64,000 nucleotides of DNA from IMG/VR virus record IMGVR_UViG_3300024187_000007, positions 2,131 to 66,130 of that record; one strand, written 5' to 3'. The notes below the pieces were generated by a model, which worked only from the letters and a program-made list of their open reading frames with translations, ran no database searches and had not been told where the DNA came from. Origin of the DNA: a virus. Lineage: Duplodnaviria > Caudoviricetes. Shown here in pieces: positions 52,415-60,967 of this stretch. Both the position numbers and the translations under genes were made by a program. Position 1 is the first letter of the stretch. Every line of letters starts with the position of its first letter.

Positions 52415-52683
52415 CGCCTCGGTTGAGGGCGACAGAGCGCTGTCCGCAGTAGTGGTCTCGGAGATCACAGACGGCGTCGGAGAGTCGCTCGTGGGATCGG
52501 ACGTACCGGAGGGCGAGTTTGACAAGGGCGGCCTTCTGGATGAACTCAAACATGGCCTACCGCTGCCATGAGTGGGGGCCATCGTGCCCCTTGGGACGCG
52601 TACAGTGGACCATCGGGTTGGGATGACGTGATACCAACCCCGGAGTCTGGTAGCACAGGCGGGAATTAGTGACTGCCGGAACT

Positions 52684-53208
52684 TTAATCTTGGGCATGGT
52701 CTGGATCATGGACGTCCCAGACAGGCAACGTCCAATCGAGGGGTGTTCGCCGGCTGGGATGACGTCCGCGGAGGGCTTTGTAGAGCACCACACCGACATT
52801 GTAGCAGGTTTTGCAGGTTTTGCAAGCGATCTGGCCCGTCTGCCAGTCCACGACCGACTTGTGGAGGATCCGGCAAAGACAAATCCACCAGATCGTGCCG
52901 GCCAAGCGGCCTGTCATCGGTCGTCCGGGGGGCAAGTGGTCGATCACATTGGCCGTCCAGCCGCAGATCGTGGTCGAGTACCACCCGTCCAAGGGTCCAA
53001 AGGGGCTGATCGCGTCTCTGAAGGCCAATCCGACCGAGAATCGGCCTTCGCAGCGCGAACACTGGGCCGTGGGGCCGCGCCAGTCGACCTTTTCCTTCCG
53101 GCCGGCGTTCATGTTGGCGCACAGGGGGCAGATCCACTGGAGATTGCCGGTGAAGCGGGCTTGAATTTGAACGGTGGCGGGCTTGCGGTAGGCCTTGGAC
53201 GTGGACAT
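52684..53208 (-). CDS. double zinc-ribbon protein with internal duplication
   Basis: WIC..C...VDW....CSRC...VGL repeated as WIC.C...VDW....CKTC...VGV; GAGGGG RBS. Confidence 0.65.
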   Translation of the reverse strand: MSTSKAYRKPATVQIQARFTGNLQWICPLCANMNAGRKEKVDWRGPTAQCSRCEGRFSVGLAFRDAISPFGPLDGWYSTTICGWTANVIDHLPPGRPMTGRLAGTIWWICLCRILHKSVVDWQTGQIACKTCKTCYNVGVVLYKALRGRHPSRRTPLDWTLPVWDVHDPDHAQD

Positions 53209-53220
53209 CGACCCCCTCAA

Positions 53221-53705
53221 CTGTTGGGTTGACCCAAGATGACGGCCCCAGACTGGCGCGCGGGAGGAAGGGGGGAACTGCCGCGCGGCTTGGCGGTGTG
53301 GAGGGGGCACCGGGACCGGAGTCCGGGGGCAACCTGGGGCCGTCGGATTGAGATTACGCGCCTTTGAGCTGGATGTCAAGGGGCGAGTTGGGGTCACGAC
53401 GGGTCAGTGTGTAATTTTTACGTGACCCACGAAGTGACCCACCTGCTGACCCGGGGCTAAGTCGTTGGCTGGGCATGGGTTAGGTGTGGTTTTGCTCAAG
53501 GGTGGGTCAACCGCCCTATAAGAGAGTAGCTGACCCACCCCAGCCGAGGGCTTTCAGGCCCCTCGGGGCTGGTGTTTTGGCGCGACCCGGGGGTTTTCCT
53601 CAATGACCCGGCCTGACCCGGGGTCCGACCGTAGGGGCGACCCGGGGCTGACCCGGCCTGCGACCCACCTTGGGCAGACCGCTTTGATTTTTTCAAATTT
53701 TTTCA
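53221..53705. repeat. cluster of about 14 YGACCC repeats next to an AT-rich tract (candidate origin or packaging-recognition region)
   Basis: Copies at 53230, 53423, 53435, 53447, 53531, 53583, 53604, 53614, 53638, 53649, 53661; inverted copies at 53391, 53401, 53504; TTTGATTTTTTCAAATTTTTTCA at about 53683-53705. Confidence 0.7.
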
Positions 53706-54450
53706 CAGGTGTGACAAGCCGATCCACGTCGACCACGCCCCCTCGACCCCCTTCGACAATCCTTCGCCCCCTGGGGCTGGCATGGGTCTTGCAGGACAGC
53801 TCGATCCGGCATACATCTTGCAGGCCCCAGGCCGGCACGGAAATTGCTAATGCACGAATCGCGCCATACCAAACCGGCATTTGCAAGACTCGTGCCATGC
53901 CGTGTTCCACGGGCTGTCCGACAATCGGACACCGCAAGTCGTTGCAGCTCCAGGGGTTGTCCGTTTCGGCACACAGGCTGTCCGATTCCAGGACATGGTC
54001 TGCAAGGGCCATGCCAAAGCTAAGTCGTTGAAAACACAGGGCTTGCACCCAGGCGGCACCCCGGCACGGCACCTGCAGCCAAGTTCGGCGCACGGCCCCT
54101 TCGACTGCAGCACCACGGCGAACCGGCATGACCGGCGAGCTAGGCAAGCGGACGGGTTGACAACCGGACGGGTAAGAGCTGGGACAGTAGGCAATACCGC
54201 CATACGCCACGGCTTACCCAAATAGCGTTCAACCTGAACGCATTGCTTGACGGCCTACTAGGGCCGTTCATGGAAGCATCCTAGACGGGAATCCTTTGCT
54301 CCGGCACGTCTACCGGCGACTAATCAAAGCCCAGTCGAAGCGGCACCCAGCACCCCCTTACACCCTTGGCCTGTAGGCCACACCCTTGGGCGGATCTGGG
54401 GCAACATCCATGGACGTTCCTGTTAGGCCGTCAAGCGGGAGTATCACACC

Positions 54451-54963
54451 ATGATCGCGCAATTCTTCAAACCGCAGGCCACGGCCAAAGGCAACCAGCC
54501 CCCCGAGGGGTTGATCGCCCGTGTCAGCGTCCATCACGTTTCGCCGCTGATGCCTGACATCGCGCTGTCTTTCACGATCTGGCAGGGGGACGGCTCGCGG
54601 GGACGGCCCAAGGGCGTTCTCTCCGTCGGCCTGCCGCAGTACGGCGCACTGGCCGGTCGCCCCGTCCGCGTCCCCGGCACGAAGGACGAAGACGGCAACG
54701 ACACGCCCGAAACGACACGGCAGGCGAAAGCTGGAGTCGAACAGGTCGAAGCCCTGCAGGACGCCATCCTCGACGCGTTCACATCGGCGCGTCGCGCCGG
54801 GAAGGAGTTCGACGGCAAGTACGAACTTGTCGTCCCCGGCAAGTGGGCCGTCGAACCGGCCCGGCCTGCCGCCGCTCCGGTCGTCGATCCGGTCGATGCC
54901 GCCGCCGGACTGAACGAGGCGGATCTCGAACGGCTCACGGACCCCGCGTTGAACGCGGAGTAG
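54451..54963 (+). CDS. first early gene; SpoVG/SSB-like nucleic-acid-binding candidate with acidic tail
   Basis: GGGAG RBS; LSVGLP...LQDAILDAF resembles the SpoVG fold; acidic C-terminus. Confidence 0.5.
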   Translation: MIAQFFKPQATAKGNQPPEGLIARVSVHHVSPLMPDIALSFTIWQGDGSRGRPKGVLSVGLPQYGALAGRPVRVPGTKDEDGNDTPETTRQAKAGVEQVEALQDAILDAFTSARRAGKEFDGKYELVVPGKWAVEPARPAAAPVVDPVDAAAGLNEADLERLTDPALNAE

Positions 54964-54978
54964 ACGCATGAGGCAACC

Positions 54979-55030
54979 GGGGCAAGGGGCTGGAAACGGC
55001 CTTTTGCCCCGGACGGCCCCAAGGGGCCAA
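54979..55030 (+). terminator. hairpins after gene 54451
   Basis: GGGGCAAGG...CCTTTTGCCCC and GGCCCC-AA-GGGGCC stems. Confidence 0.4.
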
Positions 55031-55349
55031 ACGGTTGCGAACGGCGTTCCTAGTGCATCCTGAGCCGTTCTAGGGGGTGTTTGGGGCAAGGTCGAAACAG
55101 ACTGCAACGGTCGGTGATGTGCCGCTCTCAAGTTTGGGTATATAGAACGCTAAAGACGGTTGTTATAAGAGAGACTAAATTCTTATGACTCACACTATTA
55201 GCTTGACCGATACACGGTCGCTTAGTTGTGGGTTGGTTGGTTCCCAAGAACGTATGACGAATGACATCAAACATCAGGTATATAGCTCAGTGGTCGCCGT
55301 GGTGCTGACCGTGGCTATCTACACTGTGATCTGTGTGGTGGTCGGATAG

Positions 55350-55868
55350 ATGGCCCATTCCAACCCCGTCATGGCCCAGGTCGTCGCCTTGAGATACATA
55401 CTAGGCGTACTCACACCTGTGGCAGACATGGTGAAAGCCTCATGGGTTGGCCGTCCTGACCGTTGCTGTCAAGTGTGCTTTTCCAACCCGTGTATGTGTA
55501 GAGTGGTAGAGACTACTGTTAAGACCGCCCAGGTTGAGCTGGTCCAGTACAATCCCATCTACAACATCCACGGCAACACGGTCACACGTAACTGCGGTCG
55601 ATGCGACGTTCCAACCCGTATCCCTGATCTCAACAGGATTACGGTCTGTATCGGGTTCAAGAAGATCGAGGATGTTGAGTTAATCCCCGACGGTAATGAG
55701 CTGGTCGAGGTCATCCAGACCAGACAGATCCCCAAGCTGACCGCTACGGATGGCTGTCCGGACTGCTACTGGCTGTTCGTCAAGGAACAAGCAGCGGCCA
55801 AGGATCACTACGCCAGGACCGGCGAGAACAAGGCCGCGTTCATCTTCAGCATGAGGCTGAGCCAGTGA
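55350..55868 (+). CDS. Cys-rich hypothetical protein
   Basis: CCQVC...CMC, CGRC, CPDC. Confidence 0.55.
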   Translation: MAHSNPVMAQVVALRYILGVLTPVADMVKASWVGRPDRCCQVCFSNPCMCRVVETTVKTAQVELVQYNPIYNIHGNTVTRNCGRCDVPTRIPDLNRITVCIGFKKIEDVELIPDGNELVEVIQTRQIPKLTATDGCPDCYWLFVKEQAAAKDHYARTGENKAAFIFSMRLSQ

Positions 55869-56694
55869 CCGTCTCTATTCGCAAAGGAAACGGCAGCTAC
55901 TGGTGTTACGGTCGCTCCACTGACCGTATCTTTACTATCGGAGTCGGTCACTTGTTTATCATGTGGGTAATCGTCTAGTGGCCGTCACCGACTACCCGGA
56001 GCTGGAAGCCCAGCTGGACAAGCTGCGCACTGAGTGGTCTACGCACGCCGTGGTCAGTGTACTGGCGGAGCTGGCCAGGACGGACGCGATGGACGCGGCC
56101 ATGCGAGACAAGCGTGTCCGTTCAGTGATCTTCACGGCCGTGGCCAAGGGCCTTGACCAAGTGGCCTACTTATTGGAGTCATTGCCGCATGTCAGCTAGG
56201 ACTGCTGACCTCTGTACAGACTGTGGCGCGTCGATGGCCGCAGGCGACCACTTGACAGCCTCACACTGTCCAAGGGTTCGCCCCAAGGCCGCGCCACTCT
56301 GCGCCTGTCACAAGAAGGCCATGAGTTACATCTACGGCCGCTGGGTGTGCCTTGAACCCAAGGCGACGGCCAACCAGGCGGCCCAGCCCAATGGCTGACC
56401 GCGAGACGCGCCAGGCGAAGTATCTCGGCTCAGAGTGGAAGGATCTGATCCTCCGCGGCTGGGTCACGGCGTGGTTGGATCTGTCCACCATGACCGCCAC
56501 CATGATGAGGGACGACCGATGATCTGGATTCTGTTCGTGTGGGTGTTCTGCGGTACGCTGCTGGGCATCGGCGACATCATCGAACACGGCTGCGAGGGGA
56601 CGTCCGATTTGTTGGTCGCCAAGGCGTTCGCCGCGGTGGCCATCATGTGGATCGGTGGTCCGCTGCTGATCGTCATTTTTCTGAGGGACATGAA

Positions 56695-56982
56695 ATGAGT
56701 AAGGATCTCGGCCACGGCTGGACCAAGATCGAAGACCGCATGGACATCGAGCTGCTGACGCATCCGCCCATGGACGAGTTTGAGTCGCAGCTCTGGCGCG
56801 CCATCGTCGCGGCCAGCCAGGCTGGCGACACGTCCAAGATGCTCAAGCTGGTCAGCATGTTCGACCGCTACCAGGTCGGCGCAGAGATGGACCGCGAGCT
56901 GGAGATCATCGCGTTCGATCACATGCGGACGAACCACGACCTGTTCGGCTGCCAGCTCACCCACTTCGGGCTGGCCCTCTAG
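56695..56982 (+). CDS. hypothetical protein
   Basis: GAGGG RBS; ATGA overlap. Confidence 0.6.
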   Translation: MSKDLGHGWTKIEDRMDIELLTHPPMDEFESQLWRAIVAASQAGDTSKMLKLVSMFDRYQVGAEMDRELEIIAFDHMRTNHDLFGCQLTHFGLAL

Positions 56983-56998
56983 GGCCGAGTGGTCTGAC

Positions 56999-57361
56999 AT
57001 GGCAAAGGTGGTTGGTATCGTCGGCTCGCGTCGTCGGGACAGTGACGATGATTTTGGCGACACGCACGCCGCCTTCAAGACGATCTATCAGCCGGGAGAC
57101 ACGCTCGTCTCTGGCGGGTGTCCCAAAGGCGGCGATCGGTTCTGTGAGATCATTGCTCAGACCGAGGGCGTTCCTATCAAGATCCATCGCGCCGAGTGGA
57201 ATCGCTTGGGCCGTGGGGCCGGCTTCGCGCGGAACACGTTCATTGCCCAAGATGCCGATGTGCTGATCGCGGTTGTGTCCGCTGATCGCACCGGCGGCAC
57301 TGAGGACACGATTCGCAAGTTCAAGAAGTTTCACCCGGACGGGACACTGATTCTCGTATGA
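56999..57361 (+). CDS. SLOG-superfamily (YspA/DUF2493/DprA-like) protein
   Basis: GIVGSR, VSGGCPKGGD, W...G.GAG..RN, GGT..TI. Confidence 0.85.
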   Translation: MAKVVGIVGSRRRDSDDDFGDTHAAFKTIYQPGDTLVSGGCPKGGDRFCEIIAQTEGVPIKIHRAEWNRLGRGAGFARNTFIAQDADVLIAVVSADRTGGTEDTIRKFKKFHPDGTLILV

Positions 57362-57524
57362 GGACACGCACCGTCACCCTGTTCTACGCCGACGGCCGCC
57401 AGGAGCGGTTCAGCAGAGTCGTGGGCGAGATCCACGGCCACACGATCCTGACCGGGTTTCACCAGCGCAATTTGCATGACACCCAACTGATCCTCCGGCT
57501 GGGCGTCGTCCGCATGGAGATCGC

Positions 57525-57707
57525 ATGAGCCGGTCGAGACTGTGGCTGCTGCTGGCTGTGTTGTCCACTGGCTGTCGCGCCACGTCGCCCAAGTGTGTAA
57601 CCGTGCCGACCCCATGGATCGACTACGGCTACGTCATGGGCGCGCGCTACGTGGTCAGCACGCGAGTGGTCCCGATCACCGTGTGCTACTACAAGGTGAC
57701 ACCCTGA
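57525..57707 (+). CDS. small putative lipoprotein
   Basis: MSRSRLWLLLAVLSTG|C lipobox-like signal. Confidence 0.55.
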   Translation: MSRSRLWLLLAVLSTGCRATSPKCVTVPTPWIDYGYVMGARYVVSTRVVPITVCYYKVTP

Positions 57708-57991
57708 TGGACGTCCGTGCGTTGTTTGGCCTGCGGCCCACACCAACCGGCCGTGTCATTGTGATGGCCGAGCACAGAGGCTGGGGCAACACAATTGACT
57801 GGCTGGACTACCCGACACGCGAGTTGTACGGCTGTTTGCCGCTCAAGCCTGTGGTCGGCGATGTCGTCGAGTGTCAGATGCGATCAGGCCGGACAGCTCG
57901 GTTTCTGATCCTCAAAACGCGCTATCCCGGCGACCCGCACGACATGTTCTTTGCGACGACCGACGCTGGGACAGCTGTGGTGACGCCCTGA
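57707..57991 (+). CDS. hypothetical protein
   Basis: TGATG coupling; HRGWGNTIDW...RYPGDPHDMFF. Confidence 0.6.
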   Translation: MDVRALFGLRPTPTGRVIVMAEHRGWGNTIDWLDYPTRELYGCLPLKPVVGDVVECQMRSGRTARFLILKTRYPGDPHDMFFATTDAGTAVVTP

Positions 57992-58170
57992 TGGCCGATA
58001 CCAGAGGGTCGTATCAGCCGAAGCCCGAGGTCCGCGCGCCGCACCTGTACATCCGCCGCGGCCAGTATGGCTTCTGGCTCATGTGCCGCCACGGCGACGG
58101 CACGATCGAGGCCGTCGAGCTGTTCGAGTTTGACGCGGTCCCTGCAGCAATGCAGCTGGAGATCGCATGA
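57991..58170 (+). CDS. small hypothetical protein
   Basis: TGATG coupling. Confidence 0.5.
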   Translation: MADTRGSYQPKPEVRAPHLYIRRGQYGFWLMCRHGDGTIEAVELFEFDAVPAAMQLEIA

Positions 58171-58448
58171 GAATCGCCGCGTGGTGGCGCATGATCCGCT
58201 GTGGCCTCGGTGGCCATGAGCTGATCCGCCATTTCGCGCCGCGACGTGTGTACCTCGGCTGTCTCCACTGTCCGTATGAGACGCCAGGCTGGGAAGTGGG
58301 TCGGCCCAAGGTCGATCCCAAGAGTTCAGTACGCGGGGCGCAGGCTGGGCCACGCACCATTCCCGACAGCGGGCCGGAGGGCGACTTACATCGTCCGCTG
58401 GTACCGCGGGTGTCATGGCCGTGGCTCAAACCGACGCTCACCGCCTGA
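58167..58448 (+). CDS. hypothetical protein with C..GH...C..C motif
   Basis: RCGLGGHE...CLHCPYETPGW. Confidence 0.6.
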   Translation: MRIAAWWRMIRCGLGGHELIRHFAPRRVYLGCLHCPYETPGWEVGRPKVDPKSSVRGAQAGPRTIPDSGPEGDLHRPLVPRVSWPWLKPTLTA

Positions 58449-58737
58449 TCCGTGCGGGATGGCGGACAGAGGCGTCGTTGTGGACAGGAGTAACTCCGGT
58501 TTCGACCGGTTTAGTTCTCCAGACTTGTCGCACAGCGGGGTGCTCTGAGCCGTGTCAACGGGCGACCACTGGGGCATACTCAAGGGCCGTCACGTTGTCC
58601 ATCGACGTTAGCTTAGCTACCCTGCAGGGGGGCACCTGTACTGGCGCAGTACCACCAGACGCGGACAGCATGCGACACGTTGGGGCCACTAAGTCGAAAC
58701 CCCGCGTACTGACCAAGGACAACCCAAGGACGTCCCA
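58449..58737. ncRNA. candidate structured non-coding RNA
   Basis: UUCG-capped hairpin 58487-58520; long-range helix TGTCGCA 58526-58532/TGCGACA 58671-58677; internal hairpins 58592-58608 and 58638-58652. Confidence 0.4.
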
Positions 58738-59136
58738 ATGTTCAAATGGCTCTGGTGGAAGCTCGGCCAAGGCGTGTATGTGGTGCGAACGTTACGCACA
58801 GGCGAACGCACGATCGAACGCGTCTGGGTCGACAATGCGACACAGCGGCTGTTCATCACCCCAAACTGTGTCGACCAGCGGTACTACCTGAAGCCCGATG
58901 GTACGTTCGAGGACATCCGAGAGATGTTCAGTTCCAGGCCAACCAAGGTCACGTGTCAGTGGTCACCGTACACAGGCATCGGTTCCGCCACGCGTACCTA
59001 TTGGCCGATCGCAACGGCCACGTCTGCGGATGTGGAAGATCTGTTCTTCCGGCACCGCTGCCGGACGGACATTCAGCAGCTCATTGATCGGCTGAAGACG
59101 GGCAACCGTCTCTCGCTGGACACCGAGATGGACTAG
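58738..59136 (+). CDS. hypothetical protein
   Basis: AAGGA RBS. Confidence 0.6.
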   Translation: MFKWLWWKLGQGVYVVRTLRTGERTIERVWVDNATQRLFITPNCVDQRYYLKPDGTFEDIREMFSSRPTKVTCQWSPYTGIGSATRTYWPIATATSADVEDLFFRHRCRTDIQQLIDRLKTGNRLSLDTEMD

Positions 59137-59138
59137 CC

Positions 59139-59426
59139 ATGGCCATGGACGCCCCGACGCGCACTGACCTCAAGTTCGACTACACGTGCCCCAAGGGGCT
59201 GCGTGTGCGGCTGCGGCCACAGGACGAGATCAACGAGTGGCTTCGCCAGCAACCGCATCTGGCCGACCAAGTCACCCTGATCGACCGGCGCACGGCCTAC
59301 GTGGTGGACTTTGTCTACGAGATCAGCCCGTCGGTCATTTTCGTCAAGCTGGGGAGCTTCCAGTGGCGGTTCTTCAACGCCTTTCTGTTCGAGAGCGCCA
59401 CCACCGGGACCACCGGGACGCCATGA
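59139..59426 (+). CDS. hypothetical protein
   Basis: Operon packing. Confidence 0.6.
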   Translation: MAMDAPTRTDLKFDYTCPKGLRVRLRPQDEINEWLRQQPHLADQVTLIDRRTAYVVDFVYEISPSVIFVKLGSFQWRFFNAFLFESATTGTTGTP

Positions 59427-59761
59427 GCTGGCCACGGCGCGGAGCGAACATGTGCGCGTGGTGCCGGGCCAACGAGTGCGACAGTTGCACATGTGGTCCG
59501 GCCCCTGTGCGCTTCCGCTGGGATGTATTCTTCGCTATGATCCTCATGGGCCTGATCGTGGTCGCGCTGCTCAGCCGAACGGTCAGCGGCCAAGGATCCC
59601 GCGACCTCCTGTTCGTGTGCGACCGGCCCGAACGCGGCCCGGCCGTCATGGACTGCGCAACGAAAGTCTATTTCACCGGCGACTGGCGCGGCGTCGCGAT
59701 CTGCCGCGGCCAGGGCCACTGTTTCGCCTACACCGACCTGTTCCCGGAGACGGTCAAGTGA
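59423..59761 (+). CDS. membrane-anchored Cys-rich protein
   Basis: CAWC..NEC.SC.C, TM segment VFFAMILMGLIVVALL, C-terminal Cys-containing domain. Confidence 0.55.
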   Translation: MSWPRRGANMCAWCRANECDSCTCGPAPVRFRWDVFFAMILMGLIVVALLSRTVSGQGSRDLLFVCDRPERGPAVMDCATKVYFTGDWRGVAICRGQGHCFAYTDLFPETVK

Positions 59762-60051
59762 CGCTTGAACAGTTCACGATTGTGCAGCACCACTTGACTG
59801 TGGTGGCATTGTCATTGGCATCGCTGGCGTTTGTCGCCGTAGTGCGTTTCCTGATTGACGTCCACAAGAGGTAGTCCCCAGATGACCGCTCACACCAAGA
59901 AGAAGCTGTTCCGCCTCGCCTGCAGCCGTCAGAAGCGCAAGGGCTTGGTCAACGACGCCAACGGCAACTGGACCACCGGCGCGACCATGTCGCTGTCGGC
60001 CAAGCAGATGGTGATCTCGGGCGTCACGCGGGTCAAGTAGGGCGTCCCCAG

Positions 60052-60405
60052 ATGACCAAGCTGACGCTCTCCAACGGGACGACGCTGCGCTGTTACATTG
60101 GTGACGGCTTCGACGGCGCGTCGGGATTCTACTTCTCGGGCAAAGCACACGGTGAAAAGCCGCGCATCCCGAAGAAGGACATCCCCAAGGTGATCGCACA
60201 TCTGCGGCGTTTCGCGGTGAAGGAATTGCGCCTGCGCGAAGTCGAGGGGGGTATCCACCACGTGTGGAAGGACGACGCGCCGGTCCCGGACGTCGAACCG
60301 GTCTACGAGAACAGCACAGACCCGTACGATGCCGTCTATCAGATCGGACGTCTCGGTGTCGAGTTGAAGGCCCATACGAAGGCGCTACGGACGCGCAAAT
60401 CATGA
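60052..60405 (+). CDS. hypothetical protein
   Basis: Codon bias; operon packing. Confidence 0.6.
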   Translation: MTKLTLSNGTTLRCYIGDGFDGASGFYFSGKAHGEKPRIPKKDIPKVIAHLRRFAVKELRLREVEGGIHHVWKDDAPVPDVEPVYENSTDPYDAVYQIGRLGVELKAHTKALRTRKS

Positions 60406-60578
60406 CCATCATCGTCACCTTCACGTTCATCGGCCAGTCCAAGGAAGACGCCATGAACATGCCCGCGGTCTTCGAGGCCTATCGCGAGGGCGTCGAGAAA
60501 GCCAAGGCCGCCGGGGTCTACGGCCCGCCCGAGGCCGTCACGCTGCGGTACCTGCTCAAGCCGGGGAAGTGGGAATAA
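60402..60578 (+). CDS. small hypothetical protein
   Basis: ATGA overlap. Confidence 0.5.
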   Translation: MTIIVTFTFIGQSKEDAMNMPAVFEAYREGVEKAKAAGVYGPPEAVTLRYLLKPGKWE

Positions 60579-60694
60579 TGCGTCGCCATCTGGCCAACTT
60601 TCTGTTCTACCGCCTGACAATGTGGATCCCGTTTGATCTGCTGGTCTGGGCGAGCCTGCACGCAGACGAGACCGATCCCCGGGGGCGTCCCTAG

Positions 60695-60967
60695 ATGGCG
60701 ACCCAAGGCAATCCCATCCTCGAACAGGCCGAGGCCGACATGGACCGGCTGATCCAGCTGGCCGAACAGGCCGTCGAGGACAATCACAACAACCTGACGC
60801 AGGGCGGCAAGCGGCTGGGCATCAGCGGCCATGACTACAGTACGCACAGTTTGTGCGCGCACCCGGACTGCTACCTGCTGCGGACGCTCCGCTATACCAG
60901 GAAGACCATGAAGAACATGGAGCGCCACGCCGAGGCCGACACCGTCGCCGAGGGATCGTCCCGATGA
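60695..60967 (+). CDS. hypothetical protein
   Basis: H...C.HPDC motif; ATGA overlap with the next gene. Confidence 0.6.
   Translation: MATQGNPILEQAEADMDRLIQLAEQAVEDNHNNLTQGGKRLGISGHDYSTHSLCAHPDCYLLRTLRYTRKTMKNMERHAEADTVAEGSSR

Noticed and set aside
53221-53705. YGACCC array as a CRISPR array
   Set aside because: Repeats are 6-12 nt with irregular short spacing; no 23-47-nt repeats with unique spacers and no cas operon
58630-58660. tRNA-like element ending in CCACCA
   Set aside because: No T-arm (TTCRA) or cloverleaf upstream
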